From Octopus vulgaris (lineage: Eukaryota): a stretch of 64,000 bases of DNA. Within the stretch, counting starts at the first letter, position 1; every line of letters begins with the position of its first letter. Of the stretch, positions 53,292-64,000 are shown piece after piece. The stretch spans positions 18,972,001 to 19,036,000 of the forward strand of contig OX597829.1 of the NCBI GenBank assembly GCA_951406725.2, written 5' to 3'. Under the pieces are notes generated by a model, which worked only from the letters and a program-made list of their open reading frames with translations, was not told where the DNA came from and searched no databases. The translations under genes and the position numbers were made by a program.

Positions 53292-56252
53292 CAGGCTACA
53301 TAGACAGGGACCCGGCTACTGGAAGCTGAACGCGTCGTTAACGGCATGCAAAGCTTACAGAGACCGGATTAGTTTACTAGTTAAGCGGGCGCTCACGGGG
53401 GCAATCATCAACAACAACTGGTGGTTTGCCCTCAAGAGAGCAATTAGAGTAGAGTCGATTAGGTATAGTAAGACTCTAGCTATTGAACATAGGAAGAGAG
53501 AGCGGGATTTAGTTAAGAAACTAGACGAGGCTCTTGACACTGGCATCGCGACCGACGTGTTGGCGGCAAGGTTGGCCCTCGACCAACACTTCGACGCCAA
53601 ACACGAAGGCTGCGTTGTCAGAGCTAAGGCACGTTTGCTAAGCGGGGAGGGGACTAGAGCCGCTCGATGGGCCCGCGTGGCGGAGGCGAAGCGAGGCAAC
53701 AGAGCAACCATTCGGTCTTTGGTGGACCAGAACGGCCGCGAGGTTACCGAACCGAAGCAGATGTGTACGGTGCTTCAGCGGCACTTTGCTCAACTGTTTA
53801 GGACGAGCGGTGGAACGGACACCAACGGTACAGACTTCGGTGTGTACCTGGACGGACTGCCGCAACTCTCGGACAGTGAGGCAGAGTGCTGCGAAGGACC
53901 GATATCTGCCTGGGAAGTACAGGAAGCGATGAAGAGTTGCACGAGAGGTAGATCGCCGGGTTTGGATGGTCTGCCCTACGAGCTTTACTTTTCAATGCCA
54001 GACTTGTTTGTGGACCTGTTGGCAAACGTCTACTGCAACTGGCAGCAAAACGGGAGAATTCCTGCTTTTGTCTGTCGAGGGGTGGTGGCTTTGCTAAAGA
54101 AGGACCCAAACAAGGGGGACGTTATAGGGAATTTCCGGCCCATCACTCTGCTCAATGCAGAGTTGAAGATTTTGGCCAAGGTGCTAGCCAAGAGATTGGC
54201 GCTTGTCGTGGACAAGCTGGTCGGCAAGACGCAGACATGCGCCGTGCCGACCAGGTCGATACACGACAACCTCCATCTCATGTGCTACATCATAGAGAGG
54301 GTGGGTAACGACGCTGGCGTGGGTGGGGCTTTGATCAACTTGGATCAGAGTAAAGCCTTCGATAGGGTCGACCATCGGTACCTGGCAGCTGTCCTCAAGG
54401 CAGCCGGCTTCGGTCCAGTCTTCCGCGGTTGGATAGCTGCTTTATACAGCAACATCTGCTCGGTGATACGGGTGAACGGTCACCTTTCGGAACCGTTCGA
54501 CATCTTGCGTTCGGTCCGCCAAGGATGCCCTCTCTCCTCCCTCTTGTACATTTTGACTCTCGAGCCATTACTGCGCAAGTTGGAGGCTTTGAGGGGTATC
54601 CCGCGCGATCTAGGAGGCGGAAACAGCGTGAATGCTTATGCCGACGACGTCACCGTGGTGGTGTCGAGCCACAGGCACATTGGCCTGATTGGCGAGACGC
54701 TAAACCAGTACGAAGCGGTGACAGGACCAAAGATTAACGCGGAAAAGTCTGTGGGCTTGCAACTGGGCACCTGGAGAGGCAAGCCTATGCCGTCCAACAG
54801 CGTCGTAGGGCGCTGGACAGACGGACCCGTTAAACTGCTCGGGGTCTGGTTTGGTCCGGTCCTCCAGGTGGATAAGAACTGGGAAGAGGTGACGAGCAGG
54901 GTGGCACTTCTCACCCAGAAATGCGCCGAGAGGAAGCTGTCCCTGAAAGGTCGAGCGGAGGTGGTGAATGCGTACATCGCATCCGTCATCTATTACCCTT
55001 GTCCCGACCGCTGGTTGGCCAAGCTGGTACGTCTGCTCTTCGACTTTTTGTGGAAGGGTCAGGTGCTACTGGTCAGGCGATCCATCTGCTGTCAACGACC
55101 GCTGAACGGAGGCCTTGGAATGCCGTGGTTGCTGTTGCGCAAACATGCGCTCAGGCTGCGTCATCTCAAGCGCTTCCTAGACGGTGAACAGGTGTGGTCG
55201 TCTTTTGTCAGACGCGATTTTCCGCAGCTCGTCTCTTTGACGGAGCTGCAGACCTGGATCAAACGTAGACCGAGAAAGGGCGCTTGGCACCTCGAGTGCC
55301 GTCAAGCCCTCTCCGCCCTCCGTCAGGTGGGCAATGCGATCGGTTACAGCTCCACTCTAGCGTTCTATAGAGGGTTAGTGGAGGAAAAATGCGACGACGT
55401 TCTCGGGGAAACTCTAGGCGTTGAAGATGACGAACTGTGCGGTCTGTTCGGGAGGACTTTCGGGCCGGGGCCGATGGATAATTTCCAGAGGTCTCTCGCC
55501 TGGCAGTGCTACCGAGGGGCTCTGCCTGTTCGAGATAAACTCTACCGGCACGGAAGTGCCGTCAGCCGGGCCTGCCCGAGGTGTTGCCAGGACGACGAAA
55601 CCGTTCTGCACGCACTCGTTCAGTGCCCGAGTATTGCTGAAATATGGGTTTATGTCGAACAGCTACTGTCACGTGTAGGACGGATCCGACTATCGGCCAA
55701 ATCCATAGTGAAGATTGCCCCGCCGACCTCCTTTAACAAGGAGGGTGAGGCCGTTTTCTTGTGCCTAGTGGCTGTGGCGAAAGAGGTCGTGTGGTGGACT
55801 CGTTTGAAAGGGCTAAAGACAGACACTTTCCTCTTTGGTCAAGGCCTCATCAACTTTTTCAAGTTTCACTTGAAAAGGAAGATGAGGTTAGAGAGGAAAG
55901 TGCTGTCCGATAGCAAGTTTTATGAAAGGTGGGTGAATTGTGCGAGACTGGCCTGTATAAATGGACCAGTTCTCAGGTTTCGCCTGTGATTTCAAAAAGG
56001 TAATGTAAAAGGAGAAGAAAGGGGACTCTCTACACCCCCTTTTTAGACCAGGCTCCCGTAGGGTTTTTTCCACCAAGAACCTTTCGAAACATCTCCCCCT
56101 TTTGGGAGTTTTTCATTGTTTTATTATAATTATTGTTAATGTATTTTTACACGGATTTTTTAACAAATGGACAAAACCCTTTGTAACCTTTCGTCCTGTC
56201 TTGTCCCTTTATGTAATCATGCGTGTCAGCCCTTGTGGCCAATAAAAAAGAA
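53292..56252 (+). mobile_element. 5'-truncated L1/Tx1-clade non-LTR retrotransposon
   Basis: GC- and CpG-rich island in an AT-rich background; long open ORF2; 3' UTR ending in AATAAA followed by a (TTA)n tract. Confidence 0.93.
53293..55989 (+). CDS. L1/Tx1-like ORF2: end of APE domain (GPGYWKLNASL), reverse transcriptase, C-terminal CCHC-type zinc-binding region
   Basis: RT motifs SPGLDGLPYE, FRPITLLNAELKILAK, LDQSKAFDRVDH, VRQGCPLS, AYADD, KINAEKS; CPRC..ETVLHALVQC. The N-terminus of the listed ORF (53245-53292) is flanking sequence and no start codon is present. Confidence 0.93.
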   Translation, partial: RLHRQGPGYWKLNASLTACKAYRDRISLLVKRALTGAIINNNWWFALKRAIRVESIRYSKTLAIEHRKRERDLVKKLDEALDTGIATDVLAARLALDQHFDAKHEGCVVRAKARLLSGEGTRAARWARVAEAKRGNRATIRSLVDQNGREVTEPKQMCTVLQRHFAQLFRTSGGTDTNGTDFGVYLDGLPQLSDSEAECCEGPISAWEVQEAMKSCTRGRSPGLDGLPYELYFSMPDLFVDLLANVYCNWQQNGRIPAFVCRGVVALLKKDPNKGDVIGNFRPITLLNAELKILAKVLAKRLALVVDKLVGKTQTCAVPTRSIHDNLHLMCYIIERVGNDAGVGGALINLDQSKAFDRVDHRYLAAVLKAAGFGPVFRGWIAALYSNICSVIRVNGHLSEPFDILRSVRQGCPLSSLLYILTLEPLLRKLEALRGIPRDLGGGNSVNAYADDVTVVVSSHRHIGLIGETLNQYEAVTGPKINAEKSVGLQLGTWRGKPMPSNSVVGRWTDGPVKLLGVWFGPVLQVDKNWEEVTSRVALLTQKCAERKLSLKGRAEVVNAYIASVIYYPCPDRWLAKLVRLLFDFLWKGQVLLVRRSICCQRPLNGGLGMPWLLLRKHALRLRHLKRFLDGEQVWSSFVRRDFPQLVSLTELQTWIKRRPRKGAWHLECRQALSALRQVGNAIGYSSTLAFYRGLVEEKCDDVLGETLGVEDDELCGLFGRTFGPGPMDNFQRSLAWQCYRGALPVRDKLYRHGSAVSRACPRCCQDDETVLHALVQCPSIAEIWVYVEQLLSRVGRIRLSAKSIVKIAPPTSFNKEGEAVFLCLVAVAKEVVWWTRLKGLKTDTFLFGQGLINFFKFHLKRKMRLERKVLSDSKFYERWVNCARLACINGPVLRFRL

Positions 56253-56255
56253 TTG

Positions 56256-56294
<39 letters not shown>

Positions 56295-56298
56295 GTTA

Positions 56299-56366
<68 letters not shown>

Positions 56367-56388
56367 AATAATAATATTTATTATATAT

Positions 56389-56790
56389 AGGCGCAGGAGT
56401 GGCCGTGTGGTAAGTAGCTTGCTTACGAACCACATAGTTCTGGGTTCAGTCCCACTGCGTGGCACCTTGGGCAAGTGTCTTCTACTATAGCCTCGGGCCA
56501 ACCAAAGCCTTGTGAGTGGATTTGGTAGACGGAAACTGAAAGAAGCCCGTTGGATATATATATATATATGTGTGTGTGTGTGTATGTGTGTGTGTGTGTA
56601 TATGTTTGTGTGTCTATGTTTGTGTGTCTGTGTTTTTCCCCTCCACCATCACTTGACAACTGATGCTGGTGTGTTTACATCCCTGTACCTTAGTGGTTCT
56701 GCAAGAGATACCAACAGAATAAGGACAAGGCTTATAAAGAATAAGTCCTGGCGGCAGTATGGGTGCAGTTAAATGACTGAAGCAAATAAA
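56389..56790 (+). mobile_element. tRNA-derived CORE-type SINE (octopus OR-like family), representative copy
   Basis: A-box tggccgtgtggtaag, B-box ggttcagtccc, CORE-like accttgggcaagtg, internal (TA)n(TG)n and conserved tail. Many copies, e.g. 14420-14853(-), 23310-23640, 30290-30643(-), 60776-61210, 62883-63295, 63555-63950. Confidence 0.85.
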
Positions 56791-56816
56791 AGAAAAGAAT
56801 AAAGGAATACATACCT

Positions 56817-57224
56817 ACTCTTTTACTTGTTTCAGTCATTTTGACTGTGGCCATGCTGGAGCACCGCCTTTAGTCGAGCAAATCGACCCCGGGACTTATT
56901 CTTTGTAAGCCCAGTACTTATTCTATCGGTCTCTTTTTGCCGAACCGCTAAGTGACGGGGACGTAAACACACCAGCATCGGTTGCCAAGCAATGCTAGGG
57001 GGGACAAACACAGACACACAAACATATACACACACATACATATATATATATATACATATATACGACAGGCTTCTTTCAGTTTCCGTCTACCAAATCCACT
57101 CACAAGGCATTGGTCGGCCCGGGGCTATAGCAGAAGACACTTGCCCAAGATGCCACACAGTGGGACTGAACCCGGAACCATGTGGTTGGTAAGCAAGCAA
57201 CTTACCACATAGCCACTCCTGCGC
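56817..57224 (-). mobile_element. CORE-type SINE, full-length minus-strand copy
   Basis: Reverse complement of the family consensus, adjacent tail-to-tail to the 56389 copy. Confidence 0.85.
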
Positions 57225-57225
57225 C

Positions 57226-57256
<31 letters not shown>

Positions 57257-57910
57257 CGTACGTACGTATGTACGTACATACATACATACATACATACATA
57301 CATACATACATACATACATACATACATACATACATACATACATACATACATACATACATACATACATAAATACATACATATATATATGTGTGAGGAACAG
57401 GAAGTTACTGAGACAACAGATTTTAATTCTATAGACTGTTAGCTAAAAGGATTATATTTGTGCAAAATATTATTGTAAAATGGAAATATGTTGATAATAG
57501 GAAGATAGTTTGAGATATATATGAATGGGAATAAGATATATGAAGAACAAATAAAACAAAAAGAATAGAGGGGGAAGAATTAAAAAAATTAAAAAAAGAA
57601 GGACAGCAAAACGGAAAGGAAACTAGACAAAACAAATAGCATGGTATGTGAAAGGTTAAAGCATAAAATACTAAATTATTGGTATGGGTCTATTAGATAA
57701 AGGTCATTACCCAGTTAAAATAAATCAAGTGAAAATTTTTACTGTGAAAATAAAGTAGGCGCAGATGTGGCAGTGAGGAAAGAAGTACATGGTTCTGGGT
57801 TCAGTCCTACTGTGTGTGGCTGTGGTACCTTGGGCAAGTGTCTTCTACTATAGCCTCGAGCTGACCAAAGCCTTGGAAGTGGATTTGATAGATGGAAACT
57901 GAAAGAAGCC

Positions 57911-57969
<59 letters not shown>

Positions 57970-57970
<1 letters not shown>

Positions 57971-58842
57971 TAGCTTAAGGTGACCCGCTCTACGTGCGGG
58001 TAAGAGTGTGGTTGTTACTTTCTGTTTTTTATCACTACATTCTCCCTCTTTGTTTCTCTCTCCTTTCTCTCTCACTTTCCCACTCTCTTACTCTTCCTTT
58101 CTCTCGGACTCTCCCTCGCTTTCTCTTACTCTCTATCTTTCTCTATCTATCTCTCTCCCATTTATAAACAACAAAAGATCTTGAGTAAGTTGAAAAAGAA
58201 AATATTTTGAAAGATCAATAATAAATATCAGGCAGTGACAATGGAAAGGTCTGCTTCAAGGCAGACAGCAAAACACTAACATTTAAAAGGGACAGACGAA
58301 CTTGCGAGCTGGAAAAAAAAAATATTAGAAACCAAAGTTTGAAGGGATAGAATCTGAAGATAGTAGAGTCACCATAGCTGGCATTTCTTAATGACGGACA
58401 GCAACGTAGTGGCAGTTTAACGGCTGGTGTAAAATTATGAACTTGATGTAAAAGAAAATTCCTAAACACCAAGCTTTGAAGTGATTCTTTCTCACGACAG
58501 TAGACTCACCATGGCAAGCATTCAAAACTTCTTCATGATGGACGGCAACACGTAGAAGATTTAAAGGCTGGCGCAAATTTTTTAGCTTGATATAACATAG
58601 AATTCCTAAACACCCGCTCCTGCAAATTTTAATCCCCTTCCAGCCCCATTTAGACCCCTTTTCACACTTTGGTTGATATAACCCGATTTCATTCGGGTCT
58701 AATCGGGCTATTATAAGATGAGGAATTTTGTCCGATAGGTCACGCCTTTCATTTGAGGAATAAAATAGTTGGCATGCAAACTCGCCAGCACTTTTAACAT
58801 AGGTGTGCATATTTTCAGCTCAACCGACCACATAATGCACAC

Positions 58843-58845
<3 letters not shown>
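57970..58845 (-). mobile_element. Helitron/Helentron-like non-autonomous element
   Basis: CTAG terminus at 57970-57973 with nearby GC hairpin acccgc-tctacgt-gcgggt, internal CT-rich tract, inserted in (TA)n. Confidence 0.55.
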
Positions 58846-58884
<39 letters not shown>

Positions 58885-58964
58885 TACATATATACGCGTT
58901 ATATATATACATATATATATATGTGTGTGTGTGTGTGTACACATATATACAAATGTATACAAAT

Positions 58965-59010
<46 letters not shown>

Positions 59011-60941
59011 AAGATCTCATTCTAATAAATTCAGTTTCTGTTTATTTTGGCGTCCATTCTTGCACAAAAACATCCACAAAACAATGGTCAACATCATCGA
59101 AATCATCAACGTCATCGAAATATATTAGTCTGTGAGAAAAACCAATGGCGAAACAACTCGGCTTGTTTTCTTTTTACGCTCTGCCATTTTGGAAAACAAG
59201 GCATATGGTGCTATATGTTGGAGTATCGGTTCAGCTAGCAATATATGCAGTTGCTTCTGTGAAGGTCTAAAGAAGACTGTTGTGTTTTTAAAGTTGTAGA
59301 GATATTTGATCCACCTTCTTTATTCGCTCAGGAGAGGTAGACACGGAGGAAGAAAAGATCATATATGAAAGAGAGAAGACTTGTCAAGTGTGCGTTTTTT
59401 GCCCTAGTAACCACACCTTTTAAGATAGGGATTTCTATCCTAGCCCACTCGCATCCTCACCTCATTTTACATGTCCCTGTAAATTTTGGAAGAAAGAGTA
59501 ACAGAGAGATGGCGAAGCTGTCAAACATAGTTATAGAAAGAAATTGGAGGGAAGGGGGAAAAGAGAGAGATCGAGGAAGACAAGGAGATATATGAAAGAG
59601 AGGACTGGAAAATAAAATATTTTGAAACCTAAAGATGTTTACAATGAGAAAACGAATGAAATAGTTAAGAAGTAAATATTTCAAAACTGGAAAATTTTTC
59701 AAATTTACCGACAAATTTTTGTTAACAACGGTCACCTTGAGCATACAAATAAATTCTTTAAAATCTTTAATCCACGCAAAATAATAACATATCTTCTGAT
59801 AAATAATATCTGTTATAATTGTGCGGTGGTGGTGGGAGATAATAATTCACTTTTCTCAAAGACCTGTGGTGGGAATATTTAAACTTATGCGGCTGTCACG
59901 TTTCGTCTTTATAGATACAAACAGAAATACATTGAGCGACGCATTGGAGAAGAAAGAGAGACGGCGGAGTTGTCAAACATCGTTATAGAGAGAGAATTTG
60001 GAGGGAAGGGGGAAAAGAGAGAGATCGAGGAAGAAAAGGTGATATATGAAAGAGAGGACTGAAAAAATGAAATATTTTGAAACCTAAAGATGATTTGTTT
60101 TAAGAGAAAGATTCTCATGTTGTTGGTGGTGGTGGTGACGAAGAGGATGAAGATGATGATTATGATGATACGATGGGCTTCTTTCAGTTGCTGTGTACTA
60201 AATCCATTCACAAGGCTTTGGTCAGCTCAAGGCTATAACAAAAGACACTTACCTAAGGTGCCACATGGTGAAACTGAACCCAGAACCATGTGGTAGAGAA
60301 GCAAACTTTTTAATACACAGCCATGCCGTCAAATGGATATACATTCACAGGATTGCTGTTAGAGTTTTAATATTGTTTAGTTAATTAACATGCAAAAGTA
60401 GAAGAGATTCCAGTAGTGGTAATAAATTTTTTTGCTTAATTAAAAGTGAAATTAAAAAGTAAATATAGACTTGGTGTGTTAATAACTATATACTATAAGA
60501 TTAACATGTCTGCTTAGAGACAAAAATATATATCGTATTTCACAAATGCGTTTAAGGGATTACAAGGATGGAAGTTAGTAGCACTTGGCACTTGAAGCAA
60601 AAGGCAAGAGATTAAAGTTAAACATTAAAGATAAAAATATAAATATTAGAAAATAAATAAGTTTGGTAAAAAAAAAAACCCAGCCTGAAATGAAACTCAA
60701 AGAATAGGGTATTTTTATGGTACATTAAAGGTATTAAATAAGGAAATTTAAAACCTTTATTTTAAAATTTAATACAGGCACAGGAGTGGCTCTGTGGTAA
60801 GTAACTTGCTTACCAATCACACGGTTCCGGGTTCAGTCCCACTGCGTGGCACCTTGGGCAAGTGTCTTCTTCTATAGCCTCGGGCTGACCAAAGCCTTGT
60901 TAGTGGATTTGGTAGACGGAAACTGAAAGAACCCCATCGTA

Positions 60942-61016
<75 letters not shown>

Positions 61017-61988
61017 TTGTGTGTCTGTGTTAGTCCCTCCAACATCGTTTGACAACCGATGATGATGTGTTTACGTCCCCTGTAACTTCGGCAAAAGAGA
61101 CTGATAGAATAAGTACTAGGCTTACAAAGAATAAGTCCTGGGGTCGATTTGCTCGACTAAAGGCGGTGCTCCAGCATGGCTGCAGTCAAATAACTGAAAC
61201 AAGTAAAAGAGTATTTGTTTCTTTTTATTTTGGCACAAGGCATGTAATTTCAGGGGTTGGAGTAAGTTGATTATACTAACCCCAGTAATAAGCTGGTACT
61301 TATTTTACTGACCCCTTGTGAGTCCCTTGGGAAAGGAAAATGCTAGAGGTGTCAAACTTGAGGGCAAACCATTGTGTGACGTCCTTCAGATGATCTGGTG
61401 CCCTCTTTGACACCCTTAAGGTGTGGATGGTTAGAATATTTATTTGTTGCCAGATCAGACTGGAGCCTGATGCAGCTGCTGGCACTCCAGACCTCAGCCA
61501 AACAGTCCAACCCATGCCAGCATGGAAAACGGACATTAAACGATGATGATGATGATGATGATGACAAAAGGATGAAAGACAAAGTCAACCTTGGTGGAAT
61601 TTGAACTCTGAAATGTAAAGATGGACAAAATGCTGCTAAGCATTTTTACCTAGTGTGCTAACAGTTATGCCAGTTCTCTACTTTATTTTGAAAACATAAT
61701 ATTACAAGTGTTAAGAGAGGTGCATGCTTTGTGATCAAGAAGTTTGCTTCCCAACCACATGGTTCAAGGTTCAGTCCCATTGTATGGTACCTTGGAGAAG
61801 TACCTTTTGCTAGTGTTATTCCTAAGCCAATCAAAGCTTTGTGAGTGTGATCTGGTTAAGGAAAACTGAAAGAAGCCCATCTATACGTGTGTGTGTGCGC
61901 ATACGTGTGTGTATAAAAGAAAATATGATAAAGAAATAAACAATTATCTTATGAAAGACATTGGATGTTTCTGCTATAAGTATCACAA

Positions 61989-62490
61989 TCATCATCATCA
62001 TCATCGTCGTTTAACGTCCGCTTTCCATGCTAGCATGGGTTGGACCGTTCAACTGGGGTCTGGGGAGCCCAAAGGCTGCACCAGGCCAGTCAGATCTGGC
62101 AGTGTTTCTACAGCTGGATGCCCTTCCTAACGCCAACCACTCCGAGAGTGTAGTGGGTGATTTTATGTGCCACCGACACAGGTGCCAGACGAGGCTGGTG
62201 AACGGCCACACTCGGATGGTGTTTTTTATGTGCCACCGACACAGGTGCCAGACGAGGCTGGCAGACGGCCACGCTCAGATGGTGTTTTTTATGTGCCACC
62301 GACACAGGTGCCAGACGAGGCTGGCGAACGGCCACGATCGGATGGTGTTTGTTACGTGCCCACAGCACGGAGGCCAGTCGATGCGGTACTGGCTACGGCC
62401 ATGTTCGGATGGTTTTTCTTATGTGCCATCGGCACTGGTACCACAAAGATACAAATTCCATTGATGTTCATCTATTTTGATTTGGTTGAA
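61989..62490 (-). mobile_element. RTE 3' UTR fragment with three internal ~61-bp tandem units
   Basis: Same family as 26700-27063 and 21695-21952; repeated ttttatgtgccaccgacacaggtgccagacgaggctgg. Confidence 0.8.
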
Positions 62491-62525
62491 ATATATATAA
62501 ATATATATTTATATGTATGTATGTA

Positions 62526-62563
<38 letters not shown>

Positions 62564-63040
62564 CCCATAAACCAGCCTACTTCACTATAATATGTATATA
62601 AATATATAAATATAAATACACACACGCATGCACGCACACACGCATACACACACACACACACGTACTTGTGTGTGTGTCTGTGTTTGTTCTTCCCACCACC
62701 ATCACTTGACAACAGATGTTGGTGTGTTTATGCCCCCTAACTTAGTAGTTTTGCAAAAGAGACCAATTGAATAAGTACTAGGCTCACAAAGAACAAGTCC
62801 TGGAGTCGATTTCTTCAACTATAAACCTTTAAGGCAGTGCTCCAGCATGGCCACAGTGAAATGACTGAAACAAGTGAAAAAGCAGGAGTGGCTGTGTGGT
62901 AAGTAGTTTGCTTATCAACCACATGGTTCCAGGTTCAGTCCCACTGCGTGGCATCTTGGGCAAGTGTCTTCTGCTATAGCCCCGGGCTGACCAATGCCTT
63001 GTGAGTGGATTTGGTAGACGGAAACTGAAAGAAGCCTGTC

Positions 63041-63083
<43 letters not shown>

Positions 63084-63305
63084 CGTGTGTGTGTGTTTGT
63101 CCCCCTAGCATTGCTTGGCAACCGATGCTGGTGTGTTTACGTCCCCGTCACTTAGCGGTTCGGCAAAAGAGACCGAAAGAATAAGTACTGGGCTTACAAA
63201 GAATAAGTCCCGGGGTCGAATTGCTCGACTAAAGGCAGTGCTCCAGCATGGCTGCAGTCAAATGACTGAAACAAGTAAAAGAGAGTAAAAGAGTAAAATA
63301 TATAC

Positions 63306-63485
63306 AATAACGATTTTTTTACCAACCTAATGTTGGCAGTCCCATTTTGGCCCCAGGAGACATCATCTCCAGCTGGCTATACGACGTTGTATAGCCAGCT
63401 GGAGATGATGTCTCCTGGAGCTAAACAACAGTAGCATTTGCCCTAAAATGGGGCTGCCACATTAGGGTGGCAAAAAATTGTTATT
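63306..63485. repeat. Palindromic fold-back related to the 40071-40706 element
   Basis: Perfect 30-bp arms 63353-63382 and 63389-63418 around gacgtt, plus imperfect outer arms. Shares ctccagctggctatac and ggcagtcc motifs with 40150-40220. Confidence 0.8.
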
Positions 63486-64000
63486 TCAAAGTGGTGCTAC
63501 TCTCTTTGAGAGATTTAGGAACAACAGTGTTTCTATTTTAAAGAATATATATATAGGTGTAGGAGTGGCTGTGTGGTAAGTAGCTTGCTTACGAACCACG
63601 GGTTCGGTCCCACTGTGTGGCACCTTGGGCAAGTGTCTTATACTATAGCCTCGGGCCGACCAAAGCCTTGTGAGTGGATTTGGTAGACGGAAACTGAAAG
63701 AAGCCTGTCGTATATATGTATATATATATATATGTGTATGTGCATGTATATGTTTATGTGTCTGTGATTGTCCCCCCAACGTTGCTTGACAACTGATGCT
63801 GGTGTGTTTACGTCCCCATAACTTAGCGGTTCGGCAAAAGAGACCGATAGAATAAGTACTAGGCTTACAAAGAATAAGTCCTGGGGTCGATTTGCTCGAC
63901 TAAAGGCGGTGCTCCAGCATGGCCGCAGTCAAATGACTAAAATAACGAAAAGAAAAGAAAGAAAAAAATATATATATATCTAAATTTATATATATACATA

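Noticed and set aside
53355-55678. Overlapping alternative-frame and antisense ORFs inside the LINE
   Set aside because: Expected shadows of a GC-rich coding sequence.
56389-56462. tRNA genes
   Set aside because: A/B-box heads continue into SINE bodies in many divergent copies; no clean cloverleaf seen.
58215-58810. Minus-strand ORFs as Helitron Rep/helicase
   Set aside because: No convincing HUH or helicase motifs.

Overview
AT-rich, microsatellite- and transposon-saturated eukaryotic genomic DNA. It is very likely octopus/coleoid cephalopod, judged from recall of the tRNA-derived CORE-type SINE families and RTE 3' ends (inference, not a database result). Almost all ORFs in the supplied track are artefacts of simple repeats or SINEs. 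The host gene content is three small + strand exons (2679-2812, 15075-15121, 22649-22766). They splice in frame into a C8orf48/DUF4606-like peptide with an H-x4-C-x2-C motif, and there are further unassigned exon candidates at 34575, 45709 and 51796. Mobile elements include a young 5'-truncated L1/Tx1-like LINE with an open RT ORF (about 53292-56252), a decayed Penelope-like element with GIY-YIG domain and inverted pseudo-LTR (4470-6112), RTE and R4/Dong-like LINE fragments, several SINE families, hAT, piggyBac, mariner and pogo MITEs, Helitron-like elements and a 24-bp minisatellite. The most unusual signal is a recurrent class of short non-coding fold-back elements carrying minimal type I hammerhead ribozyme motifs (best at 40286-40330 minus and 33546-33603 plus). 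Both of these have an extra A before GAAA and a palindromic stem III. A SINE family also shares its 3' tail with the L1/Tx1 element.
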